DNA from: Octopus bimaculoides
Taxonomy: Eukaryota
Assembly: GCF_001194135.2 (NCBI RefSeq)
Contig: NC_068982.1
Span: 68,475,262-68,539,261 of the forward strand
Length of the DNA stretch: 64,000 bases
Direction of reading: 5' to 3'
Shown here: piece after piece, positions 10,826-24,226 of the stretch
Layout: each line of letters opens with the position of its first letter
Position numbering within the stretch: position 1 is the first letter of the stretch
Notes under the pieces: generated by a model
Database searches by the model: none
What the model was told of the DNA's origin: nothing
The model's input: the letters and a program-made list of their open reading frames with translations, nothing else
Translations under genes and position numbers: made by a program

Positions 10826-11300
10826 AATTTGATGTTTCTAAATTCTTATAATGTAAAAAACATACAATTCCCAATGATAAGAACAAAGCTTCTAGAATAG
10901 ATGGAGAAAATCTGAAAGGCCACTTTGATATAATAGTTAAAGTGTCTTCGGTTTGCAAATGTGGGTTTGAATCCCATAGGCAGCTTTTGACATTTTTCAT
11001 CCAACAGGCTTTTTAACCCAATATCCTACAGACTATTATATACAAAGCTTTATCTTCTTCAAGTTCCACCATTAAAATTATATACTTTATATCTCTAGAA
11101 GTTTCTAAATTTATAAAATTCAAACAACAAACAATTTTTGCTGGTAAGAAGACAGCTTCTAAAATGGACAGAAAAAAAACTTGAAGGGTTGCTTTAGTAT
11201 AATGGTAGAACATCTGACATGTTTACAGAAGGTTCAAATCCAATGTGCAACCTTTGACATAATTGTTTCCAAACAAAGAGATTTTTAAACTCAATATCCA
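10826..11300 (+). repeat. Old tandem duplication (about 269-bp period), each unit with a tRNA-like A/B-box core
   Basis: gtttctaaatt at 10832 and 11101; agcttcta at 10887 and 11155; B-box-like ggtttgaatcc and ggttcaaatcc. Confidence 0.55.
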
Positions 11301-11901
11301 AGGTTTTTCAAATGTGTTTTGATGTAATTTCTCAAAACTACAATAAATATCTCAGCTAATACAAAAAAAGGTAGACTAAAACTTCAATTTTTCGAAATTT
11401 CAAAACATTTTGAAGTTGAGACATGCACAAGTAAACAGTATGTGAACCATGTCAAAATTTTACCGATCAAAAATCACCAAAACGAAAAATGGCTTGAAAA
11501 TTTTATCTTGGATTTTTTTGTGGTGGGGGAGTCATCCAAGGGAAGAAAAGAGGCTAAAGTATGGATTTTATTCAAACACAAGCTTTTTTTTTTTTTGCAA
11601 TTCTAGAAACGCTATTGAAGATTTTTTTGTGGATGCTAAGGAATCTATCCCTAAAATTCAACAAATTCAGTAAAATTTATTCAAATTTTATGTGGTTTCC
11701 AACAAATGTAATTTTGTAGGAAAAAAAGAGTACATGGTAATATCCAAAAGTTATTTGATTTTAAAAATTCAAAACACATGTTTAATTTAATATCAGATTC
11801 CAAGGTGTCACCTTTTGTCCTTTTTAAAAAAAAAAAACAAGATTGATATTGGGTATGCTTTTCTCCACTTTTTACCCGTCTTATAATTTTCATGAAATTA
11901 T

Positions 11902-11936
<35 letters not shown>

Positions 11937-12229
11937 CCAATTATATCAATAATGTCCTTTTGAAAGTTTTTTAAAATGTTAAAGTAACATGGAGGTATGG
12001 TAAAGTAAGAGACAGTAGTAACATAACTAACAATAGAAGGAAGTAAGGTTGATAAGAAAGATCTTTTAGACAAAATTTGTCATAGATTATCCACATTTTA
12101 CAAAAAAAATCTGGAAAAATTTACTTAACAAGAACTATGATGGAGAAAACTAATTCAAAACTTTATAACTTGTATTAAGTCTCCAGATTTTGATTTAATA
12201 TAACTCAATAAGGCATCTACTACTTTGGA

Positions 12230-12720
12230 ATGTCCTCTCAATCTGCAATTTTCATACCTTGGTAGAATGTTTCCATTGTTGATTAACTTCTTCATCATAA
12301 TTCAACCAAAATCTGGTGAATGTGTCATTTAAACTTTGTGTCTAGCCTGTCTTTCTCCCTAAATATGTCTTGAATTTTCTGAGCATTTTGTTACAGACCT
12401 CCAAACCAGATTTATCAAGTTGACCAAGTCCATTACTCTCATTAGCCTCAGTGAGTTACCACATGTGACCTAGTAATTTGTGCATAATCAGTGTAATGTT
12501 GATCCAATTCAATGGAATAAATAAAGGTCAGTACAGATACTTTGGTAATATTTAACAATGATGTGATCTTTGGTATTAAGAGTTCTCAGGATATTGGCTA
12601 ACTGGGTGCCAAAAAATTTGAACTTCCTCTGATTAGCTTCTTCCATTCTTTAAATTTAATTGAATATGCAGTACTAGGACTTCACAATGCTCTACAATCA
12701 CACTTCCAATGAGTTCACAG
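12230..12720 (-). mobile_element. Highly degenerate RTE-like LINE fragment
   Basis: Minus-strand IEEANQRKFKFFG and later RGHS-like remnants of the post-RT region; many stops. Confidence 0.45.
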
Positions 12721-14483
12721 ACATCATGGTAATATTTCTGACCAAATTATAAGATACATTCTCAGTTAAAATTATATCCATGATTACTTAAGATTATAAT
12801 CATCTATTATTATAATCATCATCAGATCATTTTCTTATATACTGTACATGAGTGTTTTATTAATGAGAAACCAACTCAATTTTTGCATTAGAATTATAAA
12901 GAATTGAGGCATTTTACCAATATTAAGTAAGTCACCATCATCGTCTGTACCAGCACAAACAAAATATAAACCCAGTTTTATTTCATAAGTGCTGTTCTGC
13001 AAAAATTACAACAAGCATTCTATTTCAACTCTCTATTTGTAGTTTAATGGTATCATTTCAGTATTCTTTTTTGTAAAAGTTACTATACAACCATTGCAAC
13101 ATTTTCCTACTAAGATTACTAAAGAAATACATTTGAATTTCTCTCACTAAGATTGATGCAATGATCAGAGTTTGTCATTTTCTGCCATCCTAATTAGACC
13201 TGTTTATGTTACATTACAAAAAATAGATTATACACTTATTGCAAAGACGTGTATGCTTTTGGGTTAAACTATTGAACAACTTAACATGCTTCAAAAGTGT
13301 AAAATCCAGGTATATTTGACAATTCAATTTCTCCCTTTATTTACTGAAATCAGGGTCTTCAAATAGGTGCCAGAATATCAAAACATCTACTCAAGTCTAC
13401 AAGATAGGCCAATTTAGATGTCAAACATGGATTTCAGATAAAATTTTAGGCTCTTGCATGTTCAATTTTTCCAAAGAAAGCTAAAATCATTTACAAAAGG
13501 CTGTGAAAATGCTTTGTCTTACCCTCCACTGTGTATTATTTATAACATTATCTGCTGTAGTTTCAACCATCAAAACAAAAAACAGAAAAGAAACTTTCAA
13601 AATCCAATCAGCAGTTAACAGGGATATGAGGGGGTAATTGACAAGGGCTCCTTTTCAGGAAGATACAGTCCATGCTGGAGAAAATCAGGATTGAGAAGTA
13701 ATAAGTTTAACAAGAGTGCAGAGTGACTAGAAAAATCTGAAAAATATTGCCCTTACACCAAAAGCATACAATATAAGTACTGACATCTTTGAGATTGTAA
13801 TAGAAACATTTCAGGATAATAAAGCACCAGAAAGATACTTCATTGTTAGATTATGGTAGAGTGGTAGCAGCAGTAGCAAAAATAAAACCCTGGCCTTCTG
13901 TCAAGAGTATCTTAAACTTTACCACTAAGTTCTTAAAAGGGATATAAATACACCAAATTGGTTGGCATTTGCAGAAGCAAAACTGATACAAGAAACAAAC
14001 CACTCACATGATAGAAAAATTATTGGCCAACTACAAACCAAAATTTAATGTATAAAATGTATGCAACTCACTGGAATCTATACCTCTAGGGTCACTGTGG
14101 TGATTGTAACAATATAATCATAGCTGAACAAACAATTGAGAAGAACCATGTGTGAGGATATGTTAAGCAACAACTAATCAACAAAACTGTGACATCAGTG
14201 ATGCCACATCAGAAGAGAAACTTGGTCACATTCAAAGGCATTCAATTCTGTTCCCTACTCATGGGTGCTTAAGGTCCCTCAACACATCACAGTTCTAAAA
14301 ACCATAATCAAACCCCGATAGGAAATCAGGTGGAGCTGATTAGATAGAGTATGCAGATGGTTAATTCAAGAAAACAGAGACCAGTAAAAGTCACACTGAG
14401 AAGAAAGTTAGTTGTTGAAATATACTAGGAAATTAGTGAATTTTTGCCAATCAGTCAGATGATCTTCTGAATGTGGTCTAGAG

Positions 14484-14647
14484 CAGTGCTCTGCAACCAG
14501 TATGCTACAGCACATTGGTGTGCCACAGTGTCACCTGAATGTAATTTTTTTCCCTATACTTTTACTTATATTTTTAGTTCATGTGTGCCACCAAATTTTG
14601 AAAAGAATATAAGTGTACTGTAAGTGAAAAAGGATTGCAGAGCACTG
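14484..14647. mobile_element. hAT (Buster/Charlie-type) MITE, 164 bp
   Basis: TIRs cagtgctctgcaa / ttgcagagcactg; 8-bp TSD gtctagag / gtctagat with central TA. Confidence 0.88.
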
Positions 14648-15064
14648 GTCTAGATTGTTTGTGCATGTACCAAAAACACCAAACTAAACATGTAAGCAGG
14701 GCTCCAAAATAGCTCTTATTAAGCACTGTATTTTTTTTTTCCTGGCCTTTAAGAGGAGGCCTAATCTTTGGGCTGCAGTATTGTCAGACTTATACATGTG
14801 GGTCACCAAGAGAAGCTTAAATTAGTAACAGTCCTGAAGGGTTAAACTGTCGTCTGTTTATGTATAGACAAGAGACAAGATACAAGATTATTTCTTTTGG
14901 TATAGAAATGAGATACAAGACTATTTCCTTGATGCACAGTGGATGTGCTTACCAAATATTAGGCTTTATGTTTCAACTGAAAGATATATTTATATTCAAA
15001 TATATAAAAATATTTCAAAATAAATCACTTTTATATGTAAAAATATATTTCCATCCTTCAATTG

Positions 15065-15414
15065 AATGTGGTCGATGCCAGGTCCACCTGACTGGCTCCC
15101 ATGCCAGTGGCACATAAAAAGCACCAACCAATCATGACCAATGACAGTACTTCCTCACTGGCTCTTGTGCCAGTGGCACATAAAAAGCACCATCTGAATG
15201 TGATCGTTGCCAGGCCCACCTGACTGGCTGTTGTGCCAGTGGCATGGAAAAAGCACCCACTACACTCTTGGTTGGCATTAGGAAGGGCATCCAGCTGTAG
15301 AAACATTGCCAGATCAGATTTGAGCCTGGTGCAGCCGCTGGCTCTCCAGACCTCAGTCAAACTGTCCAACCCATGCCAGTATGGAAAACGGCCATTAAAC
15401 AATGATGATGATGA
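15065..15414 (+). mobile_element. RTE 3' UTR repeats plus tail
   Basis: gccagtggcacataaaaagcacc modules, tail core and (GAT)n. Confidence 0.82.
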
Positions 15415-16802
15415 ATGGAAGAATATGAACCTACTGATGAATATATTTATGCATATGAAAATGGTTCATACATTATTTTTATATGTATGAATACAAATAT
15501 TTATATCCTTCAATGTATATAAAAATAATGATGAGGAATATATATATTACACACACACACACTTCATAATAAATAAAAAATTATGTTTCTGTGTGTTCAA
15601 AAACTATAAACTAAGGGTGGAGGGAATAGAAGATAAGGAATGCTTAGAAGGAAGGACTGAATAATATAGATGAAGAGTGAAAGCTGGTAATAAAAACACA
15701 GAGAAATACTACAAGAGGAAAGCCACAATGCTACTCCAGCATTTTTATGTTAGTTATACTGTTAATGTGTTAATAGTTATACATGCTTCAAGAAACAATT
15801 ATATGTTTTAAAGAAGCTAATGAGGAAACCTCTATGTAGGCATTTGACTTAATGGAAATAAGAGCTAAATCTCCCTCAAACTTTTCACTGAAAAATACAT
15901 GAATATACTGAACGACCTAGTCATAGTGATAATATGCCACAAGAAAAAAATGATCAGAATTAAAATGACTGACAGACAATACAGCCAAGTCACAGAAATA
16001 TCTAGCAGTTGAGTACCAAACTTGACCAGACAGAGATATGGAATAGCTGGAACTATTTGGTCTACAGATGTGTACCAAATAATTTCAATGACTAACCACA
16101 TACTATAAGTCTGATCAATCAAGGCTGATTTCATCTAAACCACTTATTTTCAGTTTCCTAAAACTTGTCAACAAATATATAGCACATGTTATATATTCCA
16201 AAAAATTAATCAACAGCTCTTAATTTTTATGGAAAAGACATTAACTGCTACAAGTTTCAAAATCTTGAGATCTCGGATTCTAGACTTTCACTTTGCTAAA
16301 GAGAAAACTAAGTTTATCTCTCAGTCTTAGCTTACAAATATGTCAGTCTTGATCAACTATGTATGAGTTACAATATCCTGACACACCTCATTATAGAATA
16401 CTTCTTTTATATCTATTCCTCAATTGTAGACACCCTAAACCACGATCAGAAGAATGCCATTCATCTTACTTTCCTTGTCAACAATGACCCCCTTATGGTC
16501 TATCTCTCATAATGTATCCTTTCAGCCTATTGCTCTCAGTCTATATTTGCTGCATTTACTTAATAGGTAAAGAGGGTCATGAGTCTAAGAAATTCATTAT
16601 GAAATTACATGGTTCCAGGTTCGATCCTAAATTTTACCACAGGTAATCTCTTACCAGGTGTTATGAGTAAAAGTGGATCAATAATAACTGTGTATTAACC
16701 AGTTGGATTAAGTCTACCATCCAAGACAGATCCAGTTTTCCCAACACGCAATTTAACACCACTATGTGTGTGGCTCTTGTGTACCTACAGTAGAGTCTAG
16801 TC

Positions 16803-18438
16803 CAGTGGTTCCCAAATCATACACTGCAGCGCACTGGTGCGTCACAAGATATAATTAGATGTGCCTTGGAAAAGTAAGATTGCATTTCAAAATATGAAAT
16901 ATACAAACCAAAATTTACTAGAAAGCTCATGTATAAATGTCTAAGTGGCAAAAAAACTAAATACTAAGTTCTAAACTAAGAATGAGAGGTGGTTGTGTCA
17001 TTCAATTCATTTAGGCTAATTATGGTATGAGAGTGTTATTCAGTTTTGAATCTGAAATTTCATAAGGATAAGAACTTAATTAGCATCAATCTATCCTCAA
17101 AATTGACGTCTTATGGACATATTCAGTACATGACTATCTTTCAGTTTATTTCGGCCATAGCCTCTGCAGTTTTCATTTCAATAAGTGTGATAGATAAACT
17201 ATTGAACTAAAATATACAATGTTGAACTAAATCTTTTAATACATCCTCACATACTGCGGCTGTATTTCAATTGTTTCCATTCATATAGGGGCAAGAATTT
17301 TCAGCTTTTCAATTAATTTTAAAAGACTTCTCAAAAGAGTACGATATGTGACACGCTGCCACTTTTCGCAGCTCACTGGTCACTTGTCTCAGTTTGACTA
17401 TTAGTAATCTGTGCTCTTTGTATGATACAATTCATATTAACAGACTAAATTACCTATAAATTGGAAAAGTTTATAAGAGGAAACATAACCATGACGATTA
17501 CAAATCTGAAAGTGAATGTTCATCAAAAGCAACAAAGCATAGTGATGATAATGCAATAGCTCAACCCAATCATAAATATTGCAATAACTATTTAAAATTT
17601 GAGCTTCATTGGACTGGCAACGAGGATCAACCTCTTCCATTGTGTGTTGTTTGTGGTGAAAAGTCGTCTAACAAAGGAATGTTGCCTAGTAAGCTGAAAA
17701 GACATTTTACAACTAAACACTCACATCTTCAATGTAAAGATCCGAATTATTTCCAAAGACTGCTAGAACAGCAATCTAAACAAAGAAACTATTTTGAAAA
17801 AAGGATGAATGCTTCTGAAAAGGCTCAGGTTGCATCTATTGAGAAAATGATTGCACTACAAACTAAACTGCATACTTTAGCCGAGTTGATTATCTTACCT
17901 GCTTGTAGAAAGATGGTTAAAACCATATTAGATGATGAAGCCGAGCAAGAAATAAGCAAGATTCCGATCTCAAATAATACAATCAGAGGAGAATTATGGA
18001 TTTATCTGCTGATATAGAGGAAAATGTACAGAACATATTTCAGAACTCAGAATTTGCTCTACAGGTTGACAAATCAACTGGTATTAGCAACAAAGCACAA
18101 TTACATTTATTTGCTTTATTGATGATAACCAAACCATAAATCAGTTCTTTTGTTGTAAAGAAATGCCACTCACTACAAGAGGTCAAGATATTTTTGACAT
18201 TTTATCTGCCTACCTCAAGAAATGGAATTTATCCTGGAATTCATGTATTGGAATATGTACCAATGGGGCACCATCTATGATGGGCTCTATTAAAGGTTTT
18301 GTATCACTCATGCAACAGCAAAATCTCAATGTTATACATACTCATTGCTTTCTACATAGGGAGGTACAAATTTCAAAAACAATACCTGTTGAGTTAAAGC
18401 AAGTATTATACCAAGTTGTTGAAATGGTTAATTATATT
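16803..18438 (+). mobile_element. hAT Buster-type transposon, decayed transposase (ZBED5/ZBED8/FAM200-like), truncated by a gap
   Basis: Left TIR cagtggttcccaaa after gtctagtc. Peptides PLPLCVVCGEKSSNKGMLPSKLKRHFTTKH, LAELIILPACRKMVKTIL and CIGICTNGAPSMMGSIKGFVSL...THCFLHREV. Frameshifts present. Confidence 0.9.
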
Positions 18439-18689
18439 NNNNNNNNNNNNNNNNNNNNNNNNNNNNNNNNNNNNNNNNNNNNNNNNNNNNNNNNNNNNNN
18501 NNNNNNNNNNNNNNNNNNNNNNNNNNNNNNNNNNNNNNNNNNNNNNNNNNNNNNNNNNNNNNNNNNNNNNNNNNNNNNNNNNNNNNNNNNNNNNNNNNNN
18601 NNNNNNNNNNNNNNNNNNNNNNNNNNNNNNNNNNNNNNNNNNNNNNNNNNNNNNAAAAAAAAAAAAAAAAAACAAGGAAAATAAACTAC

Positions 18690-18960
18690 AGACTATCTCA
18701 GTTGAAGATTCTTTCTTCAGGAAAGACAGAAAACACAGTGAGTTGGTTGAACTCTATGAAAACAATAAATGTGGGACAAGATGCCTTTCTGGAGAGAGAA
18801 GTCTTAGAAGATTTATTGGAACCAGGGTGCATTTGATGCTCAGAAGTCTTGAATTAGCTATGTTGCCAGAAAACTGTCAGAAGCCATTGAGAAAGTCATT
18901 ACATCTGGCTAGAGAGAGAGGGTAAGTGCTGCAGCAAGAAAGAGTACTGAGGATGATAGA
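18690..18960 (+). mobile_element. Hero-like (RLE-bearing) non-LTR retrotransposon C-terminal remnant
   Basis: VEDSFFRKDRKHSELVE...RRFIG...SEAIEK resembles the EEAFERK.AKY.ELV...RGF...EAAEKAS end of Hero ORFs. Confidence 0.5.
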
Positions 18961-20229
18961 AACACCTGTCCCTGAATCACAACATCTGACTCAACGAAGT
19001 TTATGTTGTTACAGGAACTTTGTCACCTACATTGGTAGGTGGCCCCAGGCAACGCTCGTGCTGTAATGGAAGGGGCCAAAACACCTACAGAGCTCCTTCC
19101 ACCACCTGATAAGACATTGACTTGTACATTTGGAGGCAGAAAGCAACAGCACCTTAAGCACATAAATGTTTACACCAAATGTTAAGATAGAAAGATCAGT
19201 CTAAGGAACAATAATAAAGATAAACAATTATGAAACTGTCAAAGCAGTTTTAGGAATATTTTCACATGAATTAGATTTGATTTCAAAGAAATTCATCTTA
19301 TAGCTTTAGACCTTTTTGTTATAAATGAAAAATTTAGTAAAATGACTGTCATTATTAATCTGGTGTTCAGAACATAATATGAAGGTTTGATGGAAGGTTT
19401 TTACTTAATTACTTTAAAACAGGAAGTTTGCAACATATAAACAACCAGAGGTTTGTATCAAAAGGGTTAACCCATTAACTTATTTGAAGTAATCTGGATT
19501 TTCAAACAAATTTATATCCCAAGTAACAAATTAGTAAATTATTAAAACAAAGTCATTTTTCACAGTAATAAATAAATAAATTTGGTGAACTTAAAACAAA
19601 AAATTCAAAAAAAAAAAAAAGGAAGCAGGCTAAAAATTAAATTAAAACATAGCATATCATTACAAAATGAGTTTGCTATTTCTTTCATAAACCATTGTTT
19701 CTCATACTACATGAGGAAACAAGTATTAAGATGAATTATTTCTCAAAGGCAGTGCAATGATTATGCACAGTCATATGCATTAGGTGCAGGTGCATATTGT
19801 TATCAATAACATTTTTTCATCAATGACAAATCCAATTATTTCAACAGTGAACTAATTCTCTGTTGTTTGAGATTAGTAATAAAACTAATTAATTCATCAG
19901 AATAATTATAAAACCAACTGCATCTTAAGCTTTCAATTTGAAATTATTAATTAGTTCACATATGTAATTACATTAAATAATAATTGCAACTATATTAACA
20001 ATTTCGTTAATAATAAACTTTCATAATTGCTTTCCGAACAAATTAGCACAAATAAGTGAAGCTCTTCACATTTAATAACCAGTAATTTTCTCACTAGAAT
20101 CCCAATGTTGATTATGTTTCTCTTAACATAATTACTAAGAAGACGGTACAATTTACAACACCTATATACAAATAAAAGAAATAGTGTTTATTATGCTGTG
20201 TTGCGGAAACCTAAATGCAGGACTTCACA

Positions 20230-20367
20230 GTTCTATATTTGAGAGATGAGGAATTATGTACATTATTTACATTTGACAGATATTTGTCCTCATCTTGTTT
20301 GTTGTTAACATGTTTCAGCTGATATACCCTCCAGCCTTCATCAGGTGTCTTGGGGAAATTTCAAACC

Positions 20368-20410
<43 letters not shown>

Positions 20411-20497
20411 GTTATTATTCAGGTCACTGCTTGGAATCGAACTTGGAATCTTGGGGTTAGTAGCCCGCACGCTTAACTACTAAGCCATATGCCCGTG
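20230..20497 (-). mobile_element. tRNA-derived SINE (cacgggcatatggc head) with internal (TTA)n
   Basis: A-box tggcttagtagtt and B-box agttcgattcc on the minus strand; body matches 20865-21083. Confidence 0.85.
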
Positions 20498-20864
20498 CGA
20501 TGTTAACTTTCTTGCTAAGACCTATAGTGAGCTGTAGAGATTCAGCATGTCATCCACTGAGCCACTTCCTTGTGGATATAATCAGTCCATTAGCAGGAAA
20601 GTTAACATTGTATGTGAAGAATTCCACTCACTTCACAGAACTGATCATGTACGGAAAAATGGAGACCACCTCCCCCTGTAGGATGAAGTAAAAATAATAG
20701 ACAGAACACTACTGGAAAATATGAAAGCTAAAAGAAGCAGCACATATGCTAGGAAACAACAATCTCCTAAGCAGACCGAGTGCAGATATGATATGGGAAC
20801 TGATATTAAGGAAGGATAGGAAAATATTAGATTTTTAGGCCCTAAAATTCACTCCATAATTACC

Positions 20865-21083
20865 CACGGGCATATGGCGTCGTGGTTAAGAGCGCAGGCT
20901 ACTAACCCCAAGCAGTGACCTGAATAATAATATAATGACAATAACATCGTAAAATACTTTAGGAATGAGAACCTAGGTTTGAAATTTCCCCAAGACACTT
21001 GATGAAGGCTGGAGGGTACATCGGCCAAAACATTGTGTTAACAGACAAGATGAGGACAAATATCTGTCAAATGTAAATAATGT
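20865..21083 (+). mobile_element. tRNA-derived SINE, inverted partner of 20230-20497
   Basis: cacgggcatatggcgtcgtggttaagagcgc...gacaaatatctgtcaaatgtaaataatg. Confidence 0.85.
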
Positions 21084-21396
21084 GCAGGCCTTCAATTAAG
21101 TATGATCAAGGTTAAAACTGTAGTTTAATCCTAGCTCATCCCCAATGAGCAACCCTATGACCAAAATGTATGCCTACAGTTACCAGATCATCTTTTTTTA
21201 ATATTGGGAGACCAAGCAGTACAGTGTATCCTTTCTTTAAGACAGTATAGTGGGTTTTGAAGGAGATTTGGCTGCTATTCCTAATAATATTCCTATGCAG
21301 TTGCTTACTCACATAGAGTAAGCAACTGCATAGAGGCTTCTCCATTTGGTATATAATAATTGCAAGTAATAGTAGTAAAACATTGTTTTTAATTAG

Positions 21397-21491
21397 GCAC
21401 ACGACCAGCAAGTTGAGGGAATTGAGTTAATTATATTAACTCAATGCACACGACCAGCAAGTTGAGGGAATTGAGTTAATTATATTAACTC
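21397..21491. repeat. Perfect tandem duplication, 49-bp period
   Basis: gcacacgaccagcaagttgagggaattgagttaattatattaactc at 21397 and 21446. Confidence 0.9.
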
Positions 21492-23784
21492 CATTACTAA
21501 ACTGCTACTTCATTTTATTAATCTTGAAATGATAAAAAGGTAAAGTTGATTTGAACTCAGAACAAAGAGCCAGAAGAAATGCTGCAAGGCATACTGTCTG
21601 ACACTAATGATTCTGCCAGATAACTGTTTGAAAACATACCAATGGTCTGTGGTTAGTAGGAATAGAAACAAAAGTAACTTGTAACTCTTATAGTGAGAGT
21701 TTTGGTATTAATCCAATCATTTAAGATTCAAGACAAGTTTCTAAAATGATCAAAACTGATTTCTTATGCAGATAAAAATTAAAGAAGTTCAAATGTACTA
21801 ATCAATAATTCCAAAACATATGATGAATATTCAGGGAAACATTTTCCTGTTTCTATGCTAAGAAAAAAAATATCTTTGATTTACAGATTTCCTCATATTG
21901 TCCTTGTTTCTATATCATTTTTCTAATTTTTTTCCTATCCATATTACTAGTCCTCATCCTGTGATCTTATGTGTGAGGTCCAACATTCTCAAATCTGATC
22001 ATACCCATTATCACATACAATTCCATATTTCTGAAATGAGGAATTTCCATTATGTATACTGTTTATATTTGTCAGACTAGTATCTTCATCTCATTTCTTG
22101 CTTTCACTGTTTCAGCTGTTGTACACCCCAGCTTTCTTCAGGTGTCTTGTGTTGAACTCTGTTGTTTTATCAGAATTTTGACCCTAACCCTACATTCGAT
22201 CCACACTGACACACTACTCTCATTCCGCTCTCATTGTTTCGTGACATGTTTTGCTTCAGTTGATCTTTTGTGAATTATCTTAGTGCTTTGCCTGGGATTG
22301 AACATGTTAGAACCCTCTACCTTTAGTTGATAGCACTTTCTATCCAGCAGGTGTTACCTGTTAGTATTACTCATTTACATTGCATATCTGTCCGACCATT
22401 CCTTTCCAGCCTCCACAAATCTACATGTAAGTGCTCTCACACACTGCATAAAGTCTGCCTGTTTCAAGAGGAACCATCTTGTTACCAAACAAAATAACAG
22501 ATCTTTATATTTTCACTACAATCACTACTAAACACTAACTGTATTGTTCTTATGACAGAAATTATGTTCTACTTACTAGCAAGCCATCTGTATAAACAAT
22601 TAACTTCATTTTGTGGATATCATTTATTAAGTACCTACATTTTTCTGTTTCTATTGCTTGTTTCATTGAATATATATTGTGAGCCCACCAACATCAGTCA
22701 TCATTTCGTTCATGCTCCATGCAGAAATGGGTTGGACAACTTCCTACTTACACACATTCATAGCACTGGATTTTATTGAGGTTCACTTTTACCATACATC
22801 ATATTAACATAATATATTAACATAATTTATCTACCATTACAAATAAAATGAAAAATAAAGTTAATAAAAATTCAGGAAGTCACCTTTAAGTCTTCATACA
22901 TTAACGCATCCCAGTTTCATTGATATAAAATAAAGAATATTATTAACACATGCACCATATCATCTGAGTTTCAGATGCATTTAAGATGGCAATATTTATA
23001 TTTTCAATGTAACTTAAAACTGCACCAAGGTAAATGTTTATCTAAACTCGATAAGCTTCAACATACAAATTATCTTGGCTCTATCCATTCATTATATAAT
23101 TATTCATTAATGTGGTTCTTTTTTGTTTGTTTGTTTGCTTAACTTTCCATGCTAAATGAAAATTATAGGCATTTTATATCAACTGCAACCAGTAAGGCAA
23201 AACAGAGTGTCTGCCTATCCAGTGACTGATGTCCATCTGCAAAATCCAGTGAATACAAACAGCATTTTGAAAATTAGTGTGAGTCAGTGCATTCTGTGTG
23301 GGCATCAGAGTGTATCTTAGCTTCATTACAGTAATATGCATTTCATGAATGGGTGCAGTGTTTTTGTTTTTATTAATCAGAAAGGGAGACTATAACCTTG
23401 GCCTTCACCAGTTCTCATTTCTCATCAACTATTTAAGACAGACTTCATAGCTCTTTCTATATATTGCTAAGTTCTAATTAAAATACAAAACTAGTTTCAG
23501 TACAGGGGAATACAATTGAACAAGCTAATAACATTTAAAATATTTATAGAAATTCAATCCTTAAAAATGATGAAAGAAATAATCTGAAAAAGTAACAGTT
23601 GTAAGACCTAAGTTACAAAATATGGAAGACTTTCAGTGTTTGAAAACCACAATTCAAACAATCTTAGTAAATTAGATCAGAATAAGAAATTAAGATTGAC
23701 TAAAATGAAGAAGCTGATATTAAATTCCCAGGATAGGGAATAACCAATAGCCAAAAAGAAATAATATGGCAGATTTAGGGATAA

Positions 23785-23917
23785 ACATAGCTGCACAGTA
23801 AAGAAGTTTGCTTCCTAACCACATGGTTTCATGTTCAGTCCCACCACATAGCACCTTGGGTAAGTGCTAGACTAACCAAAGCCCTGAGTGGATTTGGTAA
23901 ACAGAAACTGAAAGAAG

Positions 23918-24012
<95 letters not shown>

Positions 24013-24226
24013 ATTTCCTTGTCTTGATATCATGTGATTGTTATGAATGAAGGTCATTCATTGCCAATATTCTACAAAGAAAGGTCTGACCATGGGGAAA
24101 ATATTATCTTGCTGGGAAACAAGTAAGGGTTAGCATCAGGAAAAGTCCAGCTGTAGAAAATCTGCCTCAATAAACACCATCCAACCCATGTAAGCACAGA
24201 CAGGTGAACGTGATGATGATGATGAT
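23785..24226 (+). mobile_element. tRNA-head SINE with (GT)n core and RTE-like (GAT)n tail
   Basis: Head as in 46538; (GT)n at 23920-24011; tail ccagctgtagaaaatctgcc...ccaacccatg...gatgatgatgat. Confidence 0.72.

Noticed and set aside
17640-18684. Domesticated ZBED/FAM200-like host gene
   Set aside because: It has a TIR and target site, frameshifts and stops; a transposon copy, not an intact gene.
20865-20940. tRNA genes at SINE heads (also 46538, 57534)
   Set aside because: The A/B boxes continue into SINE bodies and lack complete cloverleaves.
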